NCBI GenBank assembly: GCA_963663525.2
Contig: CAXXHC010000001.1
Coordinates: forward strand, 1,030,572-1,094,571
Source of the DNA: Myxococcota bacterium
GTDB taxonomy: Bacteria > Myxococcota_A > SURF-8 > G963663525
Reading direction: 5' to 3'
DNA length: 64,000 nt
Shown here: positions 1 to 10,227 of the stretch, piece after piece
How positions within the stretch are numbered: position 1 is the stretch's first letter
How the letters are laid out: the number at the start of each line of letters is the position of its first letter
Notes under the pieces: generated by a model
The model's input: the letters and a program-made list of their open reading frames with translations, nothing else
What the model was told of the DNA's origin: nothing
Database searches by the model: none
Position numbers and translations under genes: made by a program

Positions 1-1022
1 CCCAGCATCCCGCAGGCGGCATGAATATCCCGCCCCCGCGATTTTCTCAGCCAGGCTCCCACTCCGCCATCGACGAGGATCTGCTGGAATCGCAGCAGGT
101 TCTCCTCGTCGGGGGCGTCGAAGTCGGCGCGCGGATGGGGATTGAAGCGAATCAGGTTGACCTTGGCTCCCGTGCGCCGGGCGATTTTCAAGAGGCGTTT
201 GGCGTCGGCCAGGGTATCGTTGACGCCGCCCAGCATCACGTACTCCAAAAACACCCGTTTTCTCCGTGGTTTGGGGATATTCTGCAACACCTCAACGAGC
301 TGGCCGATGTTCCATTTCCGGTTGATCGGCATGATTTTCGTGCGTTGTTCGTCGGTGGTGGCGTTGAGCGACACCGCGAGACCCACCCGGCTGCGGGCGA
401 TCAGTTCCGGGATTTTCGGAGCCACGCCGCTGGTGCTGACCGTCACCTTACGCGCGCCAAGTCCCAACGCCTTGGTATCCATCAGGATTTCGCAGGCATC
501 CACCACGTTTTCCAGGTTGTACAGCGGTTCGCCCATGCCCATCATCACCACGTTGTCGATCCGTCCCCAGCGCTCGGCGGCGTAGCGGGAGGCGAGCCGG
601 TACTGGCCGACGATCTCCGACACCGCGAGGTTGCGGGAGAATCCCATTCCGGCGGTGTAGCAAAAACGACACCCCACCGCGCAACCCACCTGGGAGGAAA
701 TGCACAACGTGTTGCGTTCTCGTTCGGGAATCAGCACGCATTCCACGGCCTGACCATCCTCCAGCACGATCTGCAACTTCGTCGTGCCGTCTTGCGATTC
801 CTCGACCTCGCCCAGCGTCGGTTCCCGCAACACGTGGTTTTCCTTTAGGTTTTCCCGAAAAGATTTGGGAAGGTCGGTCATCTGGTCCACGTCGAGGACG
901 TCTTTTTGCCAGACCCATTTGTACCATTGTCGGGCGTGGAAAGGCTTCGCACCGATGGAGACGAAATACGCCTCCAGGGCGGGAAGGGGAAGGTCGAGCA
1001 GGTTGATGGTCGTTTGCGGCAT
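1..1022 (-). CDS. rlmN: Radical-SAM rRNA/tRNA adenine-C2 methyltransferase RlmN; 3' end runs off the window
   Basis: Hand-translated reverse strand from the ATG at 1022-1020: MPQTTINLLDL...SSQVGCAVGCRFCYTAG (CX3CX2C radical-SAM cluster)...MGMGEPL...GRDIHAACGML. Open to the window edge, so absent from the ORF track. The + strand ORF 21..848 is its antisense shadow. Confidence 0.85.
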   Translation of the reverse strand, partial: MPQTTINLLDLPLPALEAYFVSIGAKPFHARQWYKWVWQKDVLDVDQMTDLPKSFRENLKENHVLREPTLGEVEESQDGTTKLQIVLEDGQAVECVLIPERERNTLCISSQVGCAVGCRFCYTAGMGFSRNLAVSEIVGQYRLASRYAAERWGRIDNVVMMGMGEPLYNLENVVDACEILMDTKALGLGARKVTVSTSGVAPKIPELIARSRVGLAVSLNATTDEQRTKIMPINRKWNIGQLVEVLQNIPKPRRKRVFLEYVMLGGVNDTLADAKRLLKIARRTGAKVNLIRFNPHPRADFDAPDEENLLRFQQILVDGGVGAWLRKSRGRDIHAACGML

Positions 1023-1197
1023 GGGAGACTTTCATCCTGGGATTGATGTCCGCACGGGAAAAGGAACCGTCCACGAAAAAACGATTCCCCAAGACGTCTA
1101 ACATAGAGTTTTAAAGGAATTTTGCAAGATCATGGAGAGTTTATAAGTTTCGTGGTACAAGAAAGAAACCTGTCGAACCGAGAAGAAGGAGCCTCTA

Positions 1198-2292
1198 ATG
1201 TCGTGGTCGTGGTTGAAACATCCGAAAAGCTGGCTGGCGGTGCTGGTTCTCTGTGCCTTGTGGACCTTCGGTCCTGCGTGCAGCGATTCCGGCGGAACAA
1301 GCTCCAACCTCACGGAGTGCACCAGGGATGCCGACTGCGGACAGGCCTACCGATGCGGTCTCGACGGGCGCTGTGAACCGCGCGTGCCCGTGGGCGACGA
1401 AGACGAGGAAAATGGGACTGATACCGACCTCGACGACGATGGAGCCTCCGATAACGCGGATGTCGAACCGGACACGGACCAGGCCGATACCCAGGATCAG
1501 GATGCGGAAAGCACCGAGGCGGACTGCCGTTACACCTCGCATTTCTCCTGCCGTAACAACACCGTGGATCACGACGTGCTGTATTGCAGCACCGTTTCGG
1601 GTAAGGAAAACCAGTTGTGGGCCTGCAAGATGATCTGCGACACCAACCCGGACTGCGGCTGCATCATCGACGAAAGCTATTTGAAAACCTGCGCCGACGG
1701 CTGCCAGGCCAACGAAGATTCCCAGCAAAACGATTTCTGTGTCGGTGAGGAGCCGGACGGCGACGAGGACGGCGACATGGAAGACATGGATGGCGACGAG
1801 GAAGAGGTCGAGTATCTCAACGCTCACATTGGCGAACCCTGCGGCAGTGACCTGGACTGCCTCAACGGCTCCTGCAACAAGGACTGGGACGGACATGGCA
1901 AATACTGCGTGCCCGATCATGACGACTGTCCGTTTCACGTGGGAGAGGAATTCACTTCCGACACGCTGGCCGAATACTACGATCATAGCTACGTGAAATG
2001 CTACAACAACAGTTGGAAACGCTGCTTTAGCGGGTCATGGAATGACAGCGCCGTGGAATGCCGGGCCACTCCGTTTTGCGCCGACGGCTTTTACTCTCCG
2101 GCCCAGACCTGCGTCAGCGGCGATGTTTCGGGACAGAACCGCTGCCAGCCGAACGTCGATAGCGAACCCTGCGCCGGGAACCTGTTGTGCCATGACAGCA
2201 TGTACTGCAAAAGCTCCTGCGACGAGAACAACGACTGCGCAGCGGGATATATCTGCCCCTCGGAGGGCTCCAATCACTGCGACCCGGAATAA
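1198..2292 (+). CDS. Secreted acidic Cys-rich lipoprotein (function unknown)
   Basis: AAGGAG RBS before the ATG. Signal peptide with lipobox (LWTFGPAC-SDSGG). D/E-rich linkers and many regularly spaced Cys, similar to modules of the downstream giant protein. Confidence 0.7.
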   Translation: MSWSWLKHPKSWLAVLVLCALWTFGPACSDSGGTSSNLTECTRDADCGQAYRCGLDGRCEPRVPVGDEDEENGTDTDLDDDGASDNADVEPDTDQADTQDQDAESTEADCRYTSHFSCRNNTVDHDVLYCSTVSGKENQLWACKMICDTNPDCGCIIDESYLKTCADGCQANEDSQQNDFCVGEEPDGDEDGDMEDMDGDEEEVEYLNAHIGEPCGSDLDCLNGSCNKDWDGHGKYCVPDHDDCPFHVGEEFTSDTLAEYYDHSYVKCYNNSWKRCFSGSWNDSAVECRATPFCADGFYSPAQTCVSGDVSGQNRCQPNVDSEPCAGNLLCHDSMYCKSSCDENNDCAAGYICPSEGSNHCDPE

Positions 2293-2451
2293 CGGTAACG
2301 GAAAAGAATCCGAAATCCGTCTCTCGTAACATGCTGATATTCCACGCCAAATCCCCGCCATCCGGCAGAGATTTGGCGTATTTTCGCCCGTATGACAACA
2401 GATCGACCGGGGTACATCACAGGATATTGTCATTTTACTCAACTTGCATAC

Positions 2452-2534
2452 CGCTCACTCCGAGTGCCGCCCATAGGGCGGTGTGTCGAGGAGTAAATGA
2501 GATGGCTCGATACGATTTGCTTCGCAAATCACTC
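2452..2534 (-). repeat. Intergenic repeat of about 85-95 bp with an internal GC hairpin (ccgccc-atag-ggcgg); inverted copy of 47231..47325
   Basis: The reverse complement of 2452-2491 (cctcgacacaccgccctatgggcggcactcggagtgagcg) matches 47285-47325 (cctcgatacaccgcccttacgggcggcactcggaatgagcg). The adjacent arm 2506-2534 matches 47231-47262. Confidence 0.6.
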
Positions 2535-2764
2535 GCCATGAGCGTTTTACCTTTTGGATGAAAAATTGGGGATGGGTCACCAGATCCACCGTGCAATGTT
2601 GAAAACATTAAATGAAATTCGCGCTATTTCGGTCCAAATAGGTAACGGGAGCGCCGTGCAATGTTGTGAAAACCATTTGGTTCCGTTATGATTTGAAAGG
2701 CGTATTGCGCCGTTGGAATCGTTGGAGGGGGGAGAACGCTTTTTTCGTAAGACAAGGGGAAATC

Positions 2765-5700
2765 ATGTTTTCCACTACCTACAGTTCAAAACCGGTTCGA
2801 ATATCGGTGTTCCATGCCGTTTTCCTTTTGCTGATGGTCGTCTGGCTGGCGACTGGCCCGGCCTGCTCCAAAAAAGGGAAAGGCAACGTGGAGAACATCT
2901 CCGGGGCTCTCAGCGAACGCATGGCCGATTCGCTCAAATTCGATGGCGGCACGCACATCGAGAGCGAGGCTCCCGAAGGCAACGCCGACCCCAACGAAGC
3001 CCCGCAAATCGACAAAATGAAGGCCGATAACGAACTTACGCTGGGACAGACGTTTTCCACGAAGTTGAAACTGGCCCAGTCCAGTCGGAAAAAGACGGTC
3101 GAGACAAAGCGCATCTTGGCGAAAATACTGGAAGAACCTGCTTTCGACGTGGTGGCGGTACTAATCAAGATGGACGGCATGGAAGGCTACATCCGCGTTC
3201 CCGTGACCCTGGCCTTCGACGACGATGGTTTCTGGGCCGAACTGTTCGGCCTGCTCGAAGCCGACGAGACTCTGCGCGGTATGCAGGACTATAATATCTA
3301 CTTCGCGTTCGAGGACTCCGAAGGCAACGTCGGCGCTTTCGTGCCCTGGCAACTCGACGTCGCCGACCGCGATCCCATTCTGGAACTGGGTTCGGAACTG
3401 GCCCAAGGGGTCGAAGGCGGCAAGTTCACCGCCGGAATCAAACCCGCTTCTGATTTCAGCGACGCCGCCCCGCAGATTCTCGACATCGAAGGGCCGGATT
3501 CGCTGTCCCCCGGCGAAGGATTCACCCTGAACATCTATACCGATTTCGTGTTTTCCGACATGCAGGCCAACGTGATTTTCGGCGTTCCCATGCTCGATGG
3601 CTATGTCACTATCGAAGCGGACGCCTTCTCCCATGAAGACGGTTCGATGGTGGTGGTTTCCAGCGTGCTTTCTCCCCAGTTCGAGGCCAACAACCTCGTA
3701 GCGGTGCTGATGATCGCCCTGCAATCCGGCGACGGCGCGCCGGGAGAATACCGGGGCTGGAGTGTGCGCATCGTTTCCGAAACGCCGGACTGCGACGACC
3801 TCAACGCCTGCACCACCGACAAACTGGATGGAAATACATGTACTTACACGACGAAAGACTGCTCCGACGCCTATGATTGCACGCGGGATCTGTGCAACCC
3901 GCTCGACGGCACATGCGTCAACCGGATCGCAGTCGATGCCTGCCTGATCGAGAACACCTGCTACGCCCGCAACGACCACCCCGAAGGCAACGCCTGTCTC
4001 GTGTGCTCTCCCACGCTCGATGCTGAAAACTGGTCCTTCGAGACCTTGACCACCTGCGATGACGGCGACCTGTGCACCGACAACGACCGCTGCAACGAAG
4101 GGGAGTGCAAAGGCGAAGCGATCACCTGCAACGATCACGGTGTCTGTTTGGAAGCAAGCGGCGACTGTGAATGCAACGAAGGCTACGCGGGTCCGAACTG
4201 CGGGCTTTGCGACCTTGGATACTCGGGATATCCGGACTGTATGCCGACTCAGGTCTGCACGCCCGACGACATGCGCTGCCTGCTGACCAAAGTGCAGCGC
4301 TGCAACGAACAGGGCACCGACTGGGAAACCGAAAAAGAATGCGCCGACGAACAGTTGATCTGTCGGGAATCCGAGGGAGAAGCCTACTGCGACACGGTGA
4401 TTCCGGCAGACGGCGACGAAGAGGTCGAAGTCATTTGCGACGCGGGGCAAAGCCGCTGTACGGGCTCGACCATCGAAATCTGCTCCAGCGACGGTTCTGT
4501 ATGGGAAATGACCTACGACTGCGCCGAATTCAGCCGCCCTTGCGTGATGCTCGGTGGCGCAGCGGTTTGTGAAGAACCTTCGGAAACGGACGGCGACGAG
4601 GAAGAATCCGAGGTCTGTACGCCCAACGTGACGGACTGCCAGGACACGAAGATCGTTAAATGCGATTCGACCGGAGGCGCGTGGATCGAAATCCAGGATT
4701 GCGCCGACTTCGGCCAACTGTGCGAAATCCGAGAAGAAACAGCCGTTTGCATCGATGCGACCATCGATGGTGACGACGAAATAGAATTTGAATTGGAGTT
4801 GGAAGAGGAGGAAGAAGCCCCATCCAACAGCGGTTTGTGCCAGGCTCCAGGCGATTGCCCGGAACAGTTCTGCTACTTGGAATGGCTGGTCGAAGGCATG
4901 GGGGTCTGCATCGCCGAACCTTTCCTGGAAGGCGAGACATACTATGAAAACGCCACATACAATGCGGAAACTTTCCAGATGGAAGGTTCGTACAGCCCGG
5001 TTTTGGACGACGAAGAGCAACCCGTGCCGGTGAACGTCGAAGGCGTCGCGCCCCGCCCGTCGGACGATCTCGAAAGCGGACTTTCCGCCACCGCCGCCGC
5101 CCGTCTGTTCGTGATCGGCAACCCCTTGCTGTGCGAGGGTGCCTTCGTGGAGGTGTACGGACAATACGACGAAAACGGCAATGAAAACACGACCTTCGCC
5201 ACGCCTTTGCGCAACGTGATCCGGGTCAACTCTTCGGTGGATGAAAACGGAAGCTGCTCGTTCCTTATCAGCGAGCTTCCCTTGGATCGCTGGCTGGTGT
5301 TCAAAGTGTACAACCTCGATCTGACGATTCGGGAAAGCTACTTTTTCAACACCTATCTTCCCAGCGAACAGTATTCCTCCGCGCCGAGCGTTCCGGTCTT
5401 TATCGGCGCGTTGGCCGAATCGGCCTGGAGCGCGATTCCCACCGGAGCAGGCCTCGAAGGCGGCATCGCCGAAGGTCGCGCCATGGTCCTGGGCGAAGTC
5501 ATGGATTGCAACCGCTACGCCATCCGCCACGCCACGATAGGCGCATCGGTGCGAAGCGAATCGTTCTCCTATTTCAACGGTGATATCAATAACTTGCTGC
5601 CTCTTTCGGACCAGGAGGAAACCAACAAGGACGGTCGTTTCACGATGATCGATCTGCTTCCCGGGTCGCTCGATATCCTCGCCCTGGCCCAGGTCAACAA

Positions 5701-8638
5701 CATGGTTCGACCGGTGGACCTCGTACCGGTCGTGACCATGCCCGACGCTGCGAGCCTCGTGGGCGTCGGCTGGAAATCCTGCATGGACCCGACCGAATGC
5801 ACTCCCGGCGTCATGCGTTGCGCGGACGACGTGGTGGAACTGTGCAACGAAATGGGGTATTGGGATTTCGAGGAAAACTGCGCCGATTCCGACCGGATCT
5901 GCATGGAAGACGAAGGCTACGCCGAGTGCATCGAGATCTTCCCCGACGAGGATTCCGACCTCGACCCGGAATTCGAAATTTTCGAAGAAGAGAGCACTGA
6001 AGAGGAAGTGGATACGTCGTTTTCCTCTTGCGAATCGGATAGAGACTGCCCCGAAGGCCAGTCCTGCGACCCCAACAACTGGTGCGTAGACGACTGCACC
6101 CAACTGGGTTGCGAGTACGACACCTGCAACGAGGCGACCGAACGCTGCGAATACTGCGACCCGCTTTGCAGCGAGGGACAATGCTGCGTGAAAGGAGAGG
6201 AATGGCTCTGCGGCGAATGCTGCGACCCGCCTTGCGAACCGGGCCAGGTCTGCTCGGATGCCAGGTACTGCGTCACGTTGGAATGCCCAGGCTGCCCGGA
6301 TGGCTTCGACTGCGGTCCCCATACCGGATATATGTGTAAAGACATGGACTTATGCGATCCGGACCCCTGTGAAGGAGTGGGAGAATGCGATCCGCTGACC
6401 GGCACCTGCGACTGCTACAACGAAGGAGCGACCGGCGATTATTGCGAATCGTGCCTGGACGGCTACGAGAATCCCCCGGAATGCCTGCGCATCCTTCAGA
6501 CCGGGCAATGTCACGATTTATTCGACTGCTACGACAACACCTTCTGCCACTACATCTTCGGTCCGAACAAGCCGGGACTCTGCGACGACAACTGCCTGCT
6601 TTACGGCTGCCCGGAAGGCTATCTGTGCGAGGATGATTCGGCGAGCCCGAACTATAAAAGCTGTGTATACACGGAGGCTTTGACTTCCTGTGGAAATGAT
6701 GATGATTGCTCCGAAGGCGAGCATTGCGTGATTCCTCCGGTACTCATCGAAGGCGAATGTTACCCGGATTGCGTATACGACAGTGACTGCCCCGGCGTGC
6801 TGATCTGCGGAACGGACGGCCATTGCGGTCCCGAACCGGATTACGAATGCCCGACAAGTTGTCCGCAGGGAATGATCTGCAACGAAGATTTTGGAGAATG
6901 CTTCCTGAACTGCCCGAATTGTCCTTCGAATTCGCCTTGTTGCGACGCCGATTCCGCGCCGAATTGTTACATTTGTGATGAATGCGTCAACCCGGAATAT
7001 TGCGGCTACGGTGTCGGGAACTGCTGCCCCGGCTCGAAGTGTTCGGTATCCGGCACGCAGCCCGGCGCGCTGGGAATCTGCAAACCGGACCCCTGCGACC
7101 CCAATCCCTGCGAGGAAGACAACCGGAATATCTGCGAGGCTTTGAGCGACGACCTCTACCAATGTCTCTGCAACGAGGGGTACGTGGAGTTTGGCGAATT
7201 CTGCATCACCGACCCCTGCGACCCCAACCCCTGCGATGAAACCTACCGGTCCCAATGCATCGTGATCGGCGAGAATCTATACCAATGCCATTGCGATGAG
7301 GGCTACATCGAGTTCGAGGACTACTGCATCGACGATCCCTGCGATCCCAATCCTTGCAACGAAGCGAATCGAACCTGGTGCGAAGTTCAGGGCGAAGGCG
7401 AGTACCAATGCCATTGCAACGACGGCTACATCGATGTCACGGGAACTTGTGAGGAATACTTCGATCCCTGCGACCCCAACCCCTGCACCGATACCTACCG
7501 GTCCCAATGCGAGGTGCTGGACACCAACTCGTATGAATGTTCCTGCGACGACGGCTACATCGACGTTTCGGGAATTTGCGAGGAGTACTTCGACCCCTGC
7601 AATCCCAATCCCTGCACCGAAACCTACCGGACGCAGTGTGAAATCGTGAACGATGTGGCCTTCGAATGCTCCTGCGACGACGGCTACATCGACGTCACGG
7701 GAACCTGCGAGGAATATTTCGATCCCTGCAATCCCAATCCTTGCACCGAACCCAACCGCAGCGTCTGCCAGATCGGTGAACAGGAAGATTACGACTGCTA
7801 TTGCACCGAGGGATACACGGGGGTTGATTGCCTGCCCATCGTCTGCCAGATTTACGACTATCGTTGCTCGGACGACAAAATCGAATACTGCCCGGATCGT
7901 TTGAACTGGACGGTCGTCAGCGATTGCGCCGCCGAGCAAAAGGTGTGCGTCGATGGCAGCAGTATGCCATATTGCGAAACCCCTGTCGTGGACGGGGACG
8001 TGGAAGACGACGAAGCGGGCGAAATCGATTCGGAAATGCCGGTAGACGGCGACTTGGAAGAGGAATTCGAGGACGATGGGGAAGGCTGCAACGAGAACGA
8101 ATACCGCTGCAACGGTACGCGCCTCGAACAATGTTACAGCGGTGAATGGATGTTGTACCGCGATTGCGCGGAAACTCAGCAGGATTGCTATGACCCTTAC
8201 GTGGATGAACCATATTGCGTAACCGTCGATGGCGATTTGGAAGAAGACGGGATGATCGAGACTGAAACGGAAATCACGGAAGACGTCGAAGAAGATTCGG
8301 CAACGGAAACGGAAGACGAATGGGAAACTACTGAGAGCACCGAAACCGAATGCATCTCCGGTGATTCCTATTGCGACGGGGATTTCGTGATGAGTTGTGT
8401 AGAGGGATACTGGGAAGTTTCGGAAGACTGCGGAATGTGGGGAGGCACCTGTGAGCCCGGTCCCCCGGCGGCTTGCAGCAGTATGGGTTGCACGGAAAGC
8501 GAGACTCAATGCAATGGCGACGTGCTTGAGGAATGCATCGGCGGCCAATGGGAAACCTCCCAGGATTGTACTCTTATCGAAGCGTATTGCGAGCCCGGAC
8601 CTCCGGCATTCTGCTTTCCAGGAAGTGTAAGCAAATGA
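2765..8638 (+). CDS. Giant (about 1957 aa) Cys-rich repeat lipoprotein with EGF-like modules
   Basis: The track ORF 2666..8638 starts at a GTG. I prefer the in-frame ATG at 2765, which has an AGGGGA RBS and is followed by a TM/lipobox (VVWLATGPAC-SKKG). Content: laminin/EGF-like Cys patterns (CECNEGYAGPNCGLC), six tandem DPC(D/N)PNPC units, about 10 copies of a C..RC....V..C...G.W.....C......C module separated by DGDEE-type acidic linkers, and a central Cys-poor beta-rich region. Confidence 0.8.
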   Translation: MFSTTYSSKPVRISVFHAVFLLLMVVWLATGPACSKKGKGNVENISGALSERMADSLKFDGGTHIESEAPEGNADPNEAPQIDKMKADNELTLGQTFSTKLKLAQSSRKKTVETKRILAKILEEPAFDVVAVLIKMDGMEGYIRVPVTLAFDDDGFWAELFGLLEADETLRGMQDYNIYFAFEDSEGNVGAFVPWQLDVADRDPILELGSELAQGVEGGKFTAGIKPASDFSDAAPQILDIEGPDSLSPGEGFTLNIYTDFVFSDMQANVIFGVPMLDGYVTIEADAFSHEDGSMVVVSSVLSPQFEANNLVAVLMIALQSGDGAPGEYRGWSVRIVSETPDCDDLNACTTDKLDGNTCTYTTKDCSDAYDCTRDLCNPLDGTCVNRIAVDACLIENTCYARNDHPEGNACLVCSPTLDAENWSFETLTTCDDGDLCTDNDRCNEGECKGEAITCNDHGVCLEASGDCECNEGYAGPNCGLCDLGYSGYPDCMPTQVCTPDDMRCLLTKVQRCNEQGTDWETEKECADEQLICRESEGEAYCDTVIPADGDEEVEVICDAGQSRCTGSTIEICSSDGSVWEMTYDCAEFSRPCVMLGGAAVCEEPSETDGDEEESEVCTPNVTDCQDTKIVKCDSTGGAWIEIQDCADFGQLCEIREETAVCIDATIDGDDEIEFELELEEEEEAPSNSGLCQAPGDCPEQFCYLEWLVEGMGVCIAEPFLEGETYYENATYNAETFQMEGSYSPVLDDEEQPVPVNVEGVAPRPSDDLESGLSATAAARLFVIGNPLLCEGAFVEVYGQYDENGNENTTFATPLRNVIRVNSSVDENGSCSFLISELPLDRWLVFKVYNLDLTIRESYFFNTYLPSEQYSSAPSVPVFIGALAESAWSAIPTGAGLEGGIAEGRAMVLGEVMDCNRYAIRHATIGASVRSESFSYFNGDINNLLPLSDQEETNKDGRFTMIDLLPGSLDILALAQVNNMVRPVDLVPVVTMPDAASLVGVGWKSCMDPTECTPGVMRCADDVVELCNEMGYWDFEENCADSDRICMEDEGYAECIEIFPDEDSDLDPEFEIFEEESTEEEVDTSFSSCESDRDCPEGQSCDPNNWCVDDCTQLGCEYDTCNEATERCEYCDPLCSEGQCCVKGEEWLCGECCDPPCEPGQVCSDARYCVTLECPGCPDGFDCGPHTGYMCKDMDLCDPDPCEGVGECDPLTGTCDCYNEGATGDYCESCLDGYENPPECLRILQTGQCHDLFDCYDNTFCHYIFGPNKPGLCDDNCLLYGCPEGYLCEDDSASPNYKSCVYTEALTSCGNDDDCSEGEHCVIPPVLIEGECYPDCVYDSDCPGVLICGTDGHCGPEPDYECPTSCPQGMICNEDFGECFLNCPNCPSNSPCCDADSAPNCYICDECVNPEYCGYGVGNCCPGSKCSVSGTQPGALGICKPDPCDPNPCEEDNRNICEALSDDLYQCLCNEGYVEFGEFCITDPCDPNPCDETYRSQCIVIGENLYQCHCDEGYIEFEDYCIDDPCDPNPCNEANRTWCEVQGEGEYQCHCNDGYIDVTGTCEEYFDPCDPNPCTDTYRSQCEVLDTNSYECSCDDGYIDVSGICEEYFDPCNPNPCTETYRTQCEIVNDVAFECSCDDGYIDVTGTCEEYFDPCNPNPCTEPNRSVCQIGEQEDYDCYCTEGYTGVDCLPIVCQIYDYRCSDDKIEYCPDRLNWTVVSDCAAEQKVCVDGSSMPYCETPVVDGDVEDDEAGEIDSEMPVDGDLEEEFEDDGEGCNENEYRCNGTRLEQCYSGEWMLYRDCAETQQDCYDPYVDEPYCVTVDGDLEEDGMIETETEITEDVEEDSATETEDEWETTESTETECISGDSYCDGDFVMSCVEGYWEVSEDCGMWGGTCEPGPPAACSSMGCTESETQCNGDVLEECIGGQWETSQDCTLIEAYCEPGPPAFCFPGSVSK
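7088..7831 (+). repeat. Six tandem coding repeats (41-43 aa each) of an EGF-like unit inside the giant gene
   Basis: Unit pattern: DPCDPNPC-x8-C-x9-Y(Q/E/D)C-x-C-xxGY(V/I)(E/D)-x5-C-(EEYF). Read directly from the translation between 7088 and 7831. Confidence 0.85.
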
Positions 8639-9201
8639 TCTCCGCAACAGAGAACCGGCAAGTCGTCGAATTCTCTCCGGAAAACCGCGAAGACTTTTTC
8701 GAATTGCATAGCGCGAAAAACGACGCGGGATGGTGCTTTTGCTCCGCATGGTGGGTCGAAAGCTGGGACGGTTTCGGGGGCCGCAGCGCCGAACAAAACT
8801 GCCGCCTGCGGGAAAATCTGCTGGATCGCGGCGAATACGACGGCTACCTACTCTACGTAAATGACCGGCCCGTCGGATGGTGCCAGGTCGGATTACGCGA
8901 CCGGCTGACCAAACTGGTTCGCCAGTTCAAACGTCCTCCCGATCCGCAAGTCTATGCTATTACCTGCTTTTTCGTCGCTCCCGATTTTCGTCGCCAAGGC
9001 TGCGCTGAAACGTTGCTCGTCGGTGTGATCGACCGTTTGAAACGGCGCGGTGTCAAAACCGTCGAAGCCTATCCGCACCGGGGAGAACATGACGCGGAAG
9101 ATCTCTGGACGGGGCCGGAAAGCCTGTTCGCCCGATACGGGTTTCGCGTGCTCGACGACGACCCCCGTCGTCCGGTGATGGTGTTGGAAATCAGAAAATA
9201 G
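8635..9201 (+). CDS. GNAT-family N-acetyltransferase
   Basis: The ATG at 8635 overlaps the giant gene's TGA (ATGA, 8635-8638). The acetyl-CoA-binding-like segment AITCFFVAPDFRRQGCAETLL and the C-terminal FARYGF are typical of GNATs. Confidence 0.75.
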   Translation: MISATENRQVVEFSPENREDFFELHSAKNDAGWCFCSAWWVESWDGFGGRSAEQNCRLRENLLDRGEYDGYLLYVNDRPVGWCQVGLRDRLTKLVRQFKRPPDPQVYAITCFFVAPDFRRQGCAETLLVGVIDRLKRRGVKTVEAYPHRGEHDAEDLWTGPESLFARYGFRVLDDDPRRPVMVLEIRK

Positions 9202-9217
9202 ATATTATTTCAAGAAG

Positions 9218-9811
9218 TTACACAGCCAATCCAACTTGCGACAATTCATCTCGCAGCTTCTTGCGGGAGCGGAACAGGCGCGACTTGATGGCCGAGACGC
9301 TCAACTCGAAACGCTCGGCGAGACTTTCCAGAGACAAGCCCTCTCCCTGGTGCAGCAGCAGCATTTCGCGGTCTTCCTCCGAAAGCGCGTACAGCGCCTC
9401 GGTCAGTTTTTCGAATTTCTCCCGGACCAGCAAACTCGTTTCAGCCTCTTCGGTTTCTTGTTGTTCCGATTTAAGCAGTGCGGGATCGAATTCCACGTGC
9501 AGGTTCGGAGAGTTTTTCAATCCGCGTCGCTTCTTGGTGCAGGCCGAGGCGGCAAGCTTGAAAAGCCAGGTCTTCAGCGTCGAATCTCCCCGGAATCCTT
9601 CGAGATAACGATACGCCGCCACGAGCGTATCCTGCACGACGTCCTCCGCGTCGGCGGCGTTCGAACAGCGGTGCATGGCGAAACGTTGAAGATCGCTGCC
9701 GAAACAGTTGACGATCTGACCGAACAATTCGTCTTCGTCTTCCATGCCGATCCGATCGATAATGCCCAAACAGGTGTCGCGGTCCAGATTTTTTGGGTTG
9801 GGGGCTGTCAT
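9218..9811 (-). CDS. ECF-type RNA polymerase sigma-70 family factor
   Basis: Region 2 (DAEDVVQDTLVAAYRYLEGFRGDSTLKTWLFKLA) and region 4 HTH (GLSLESLAERFELSVSAIKSRLFRSRKKL). No adjacent anti-sigma gene recognised. Confidence 0.85.
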   Translation of the reverse strand: MTAPNPKNLDRDTCLGIIDRIGMEDEDELFGQIVNCFGSDLQRFAMHRCSNAADAEDVVQDTLVAAYRYLEGFRGDSTLKTWLFKLAASACTKKRRGLKNSPNLHVEFDPALLKSEQQETEEAETSLLVREKFEKLTEALYALSEEDREMLLLHQGEGLSLESLAERFELSVSAIKSRLFRSRKKLRDELSQVGLAV

Positions 9812-10069
9812 CGTGTTTCCTTACAACAACAGGGTTTCAAGTTCGAAGCGCCTCACTTTATAGCGCAATGGATCGAGAATCTCAAGCCCCTGAGCAAGAT
9901 CGGTGAAAGATAGGAAGCATCGTGGAAAAATGCAAGGTCGAGATTTTCTCAGTACCCTATTGGAATTTTTTACGAAAGCGTGAAATCCATAGTATTTTAA
10001 GTGAGTTATGGATGATCGCTACGTGGGCGTGCCGAGGTTTCTTCGCATTCTTTAAATTCTCTATAGTGA

Positions 10070-10227
10070 TCTTACCGTTCCAAATCAATCGCACTTTCTT
10101 CCCTCAGGGTGATTCAATTCTTGATTCTGCACGAGTCTAACTCGGTGAATCGAGGAATGGGTGCCCGGGTCTTCGATCCGGAACGGATCGATGGCCCGGG
10201 TTGCTTGTGTTTTCACGGCCATTCGCC
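10070..10227 (+). repeat. Degenerate copy (C0) of the small-ORF repeat family also present at 33291..33474 and 58985..59173
   Basis: 10146-10227 encodes ..RGMGARVFDPERIDGPGCLCFHGHSP, nearly identical to the 59173-side ORF (EGMGARVFDPERIDGPDSLCFHGHSP). Upstream, a 17-nt deletion relative to the 59-kb copy breaks the frame and there is no ATG. Contains the hairpin cgatccg-gaa-cggatcg. Confidence 0.55.

Noticed and set aside
21-848. 275-aa + strand ORF (and overlapping ORFs 142..585 and 448..1104)
   Set aside because: It lies antisense to, or out of frame with, a reverse-strand reading frame that translates into a clear RlmN with the radical-SAM motif. Its composition (R/H/G/A-rich) is typical of GC-rich shadow ORFs.
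3161-6322. 1053-aa minus-strand ORF (also 7277..8749, 6518..7255 and others) inside the giant lipoprotein gene
   Set aside because: These are antisense shadows. They have low-complexity A/G/R/V-rich translations, no start context and no domain-like patterns, whereas the + frame shows regular Cys modules and a lipoprotein signal.
7088-7831. Regular ~125-bp DNA periodicity that could be mistaken for a CRISPR-like or satellite array
   Set aside because: The units are in-frame coding repeats (EGF-like modules) with divergent 'spacers' that are simply variable loop residues. There is no constant direct repeat with unique spacers and no cas genes.
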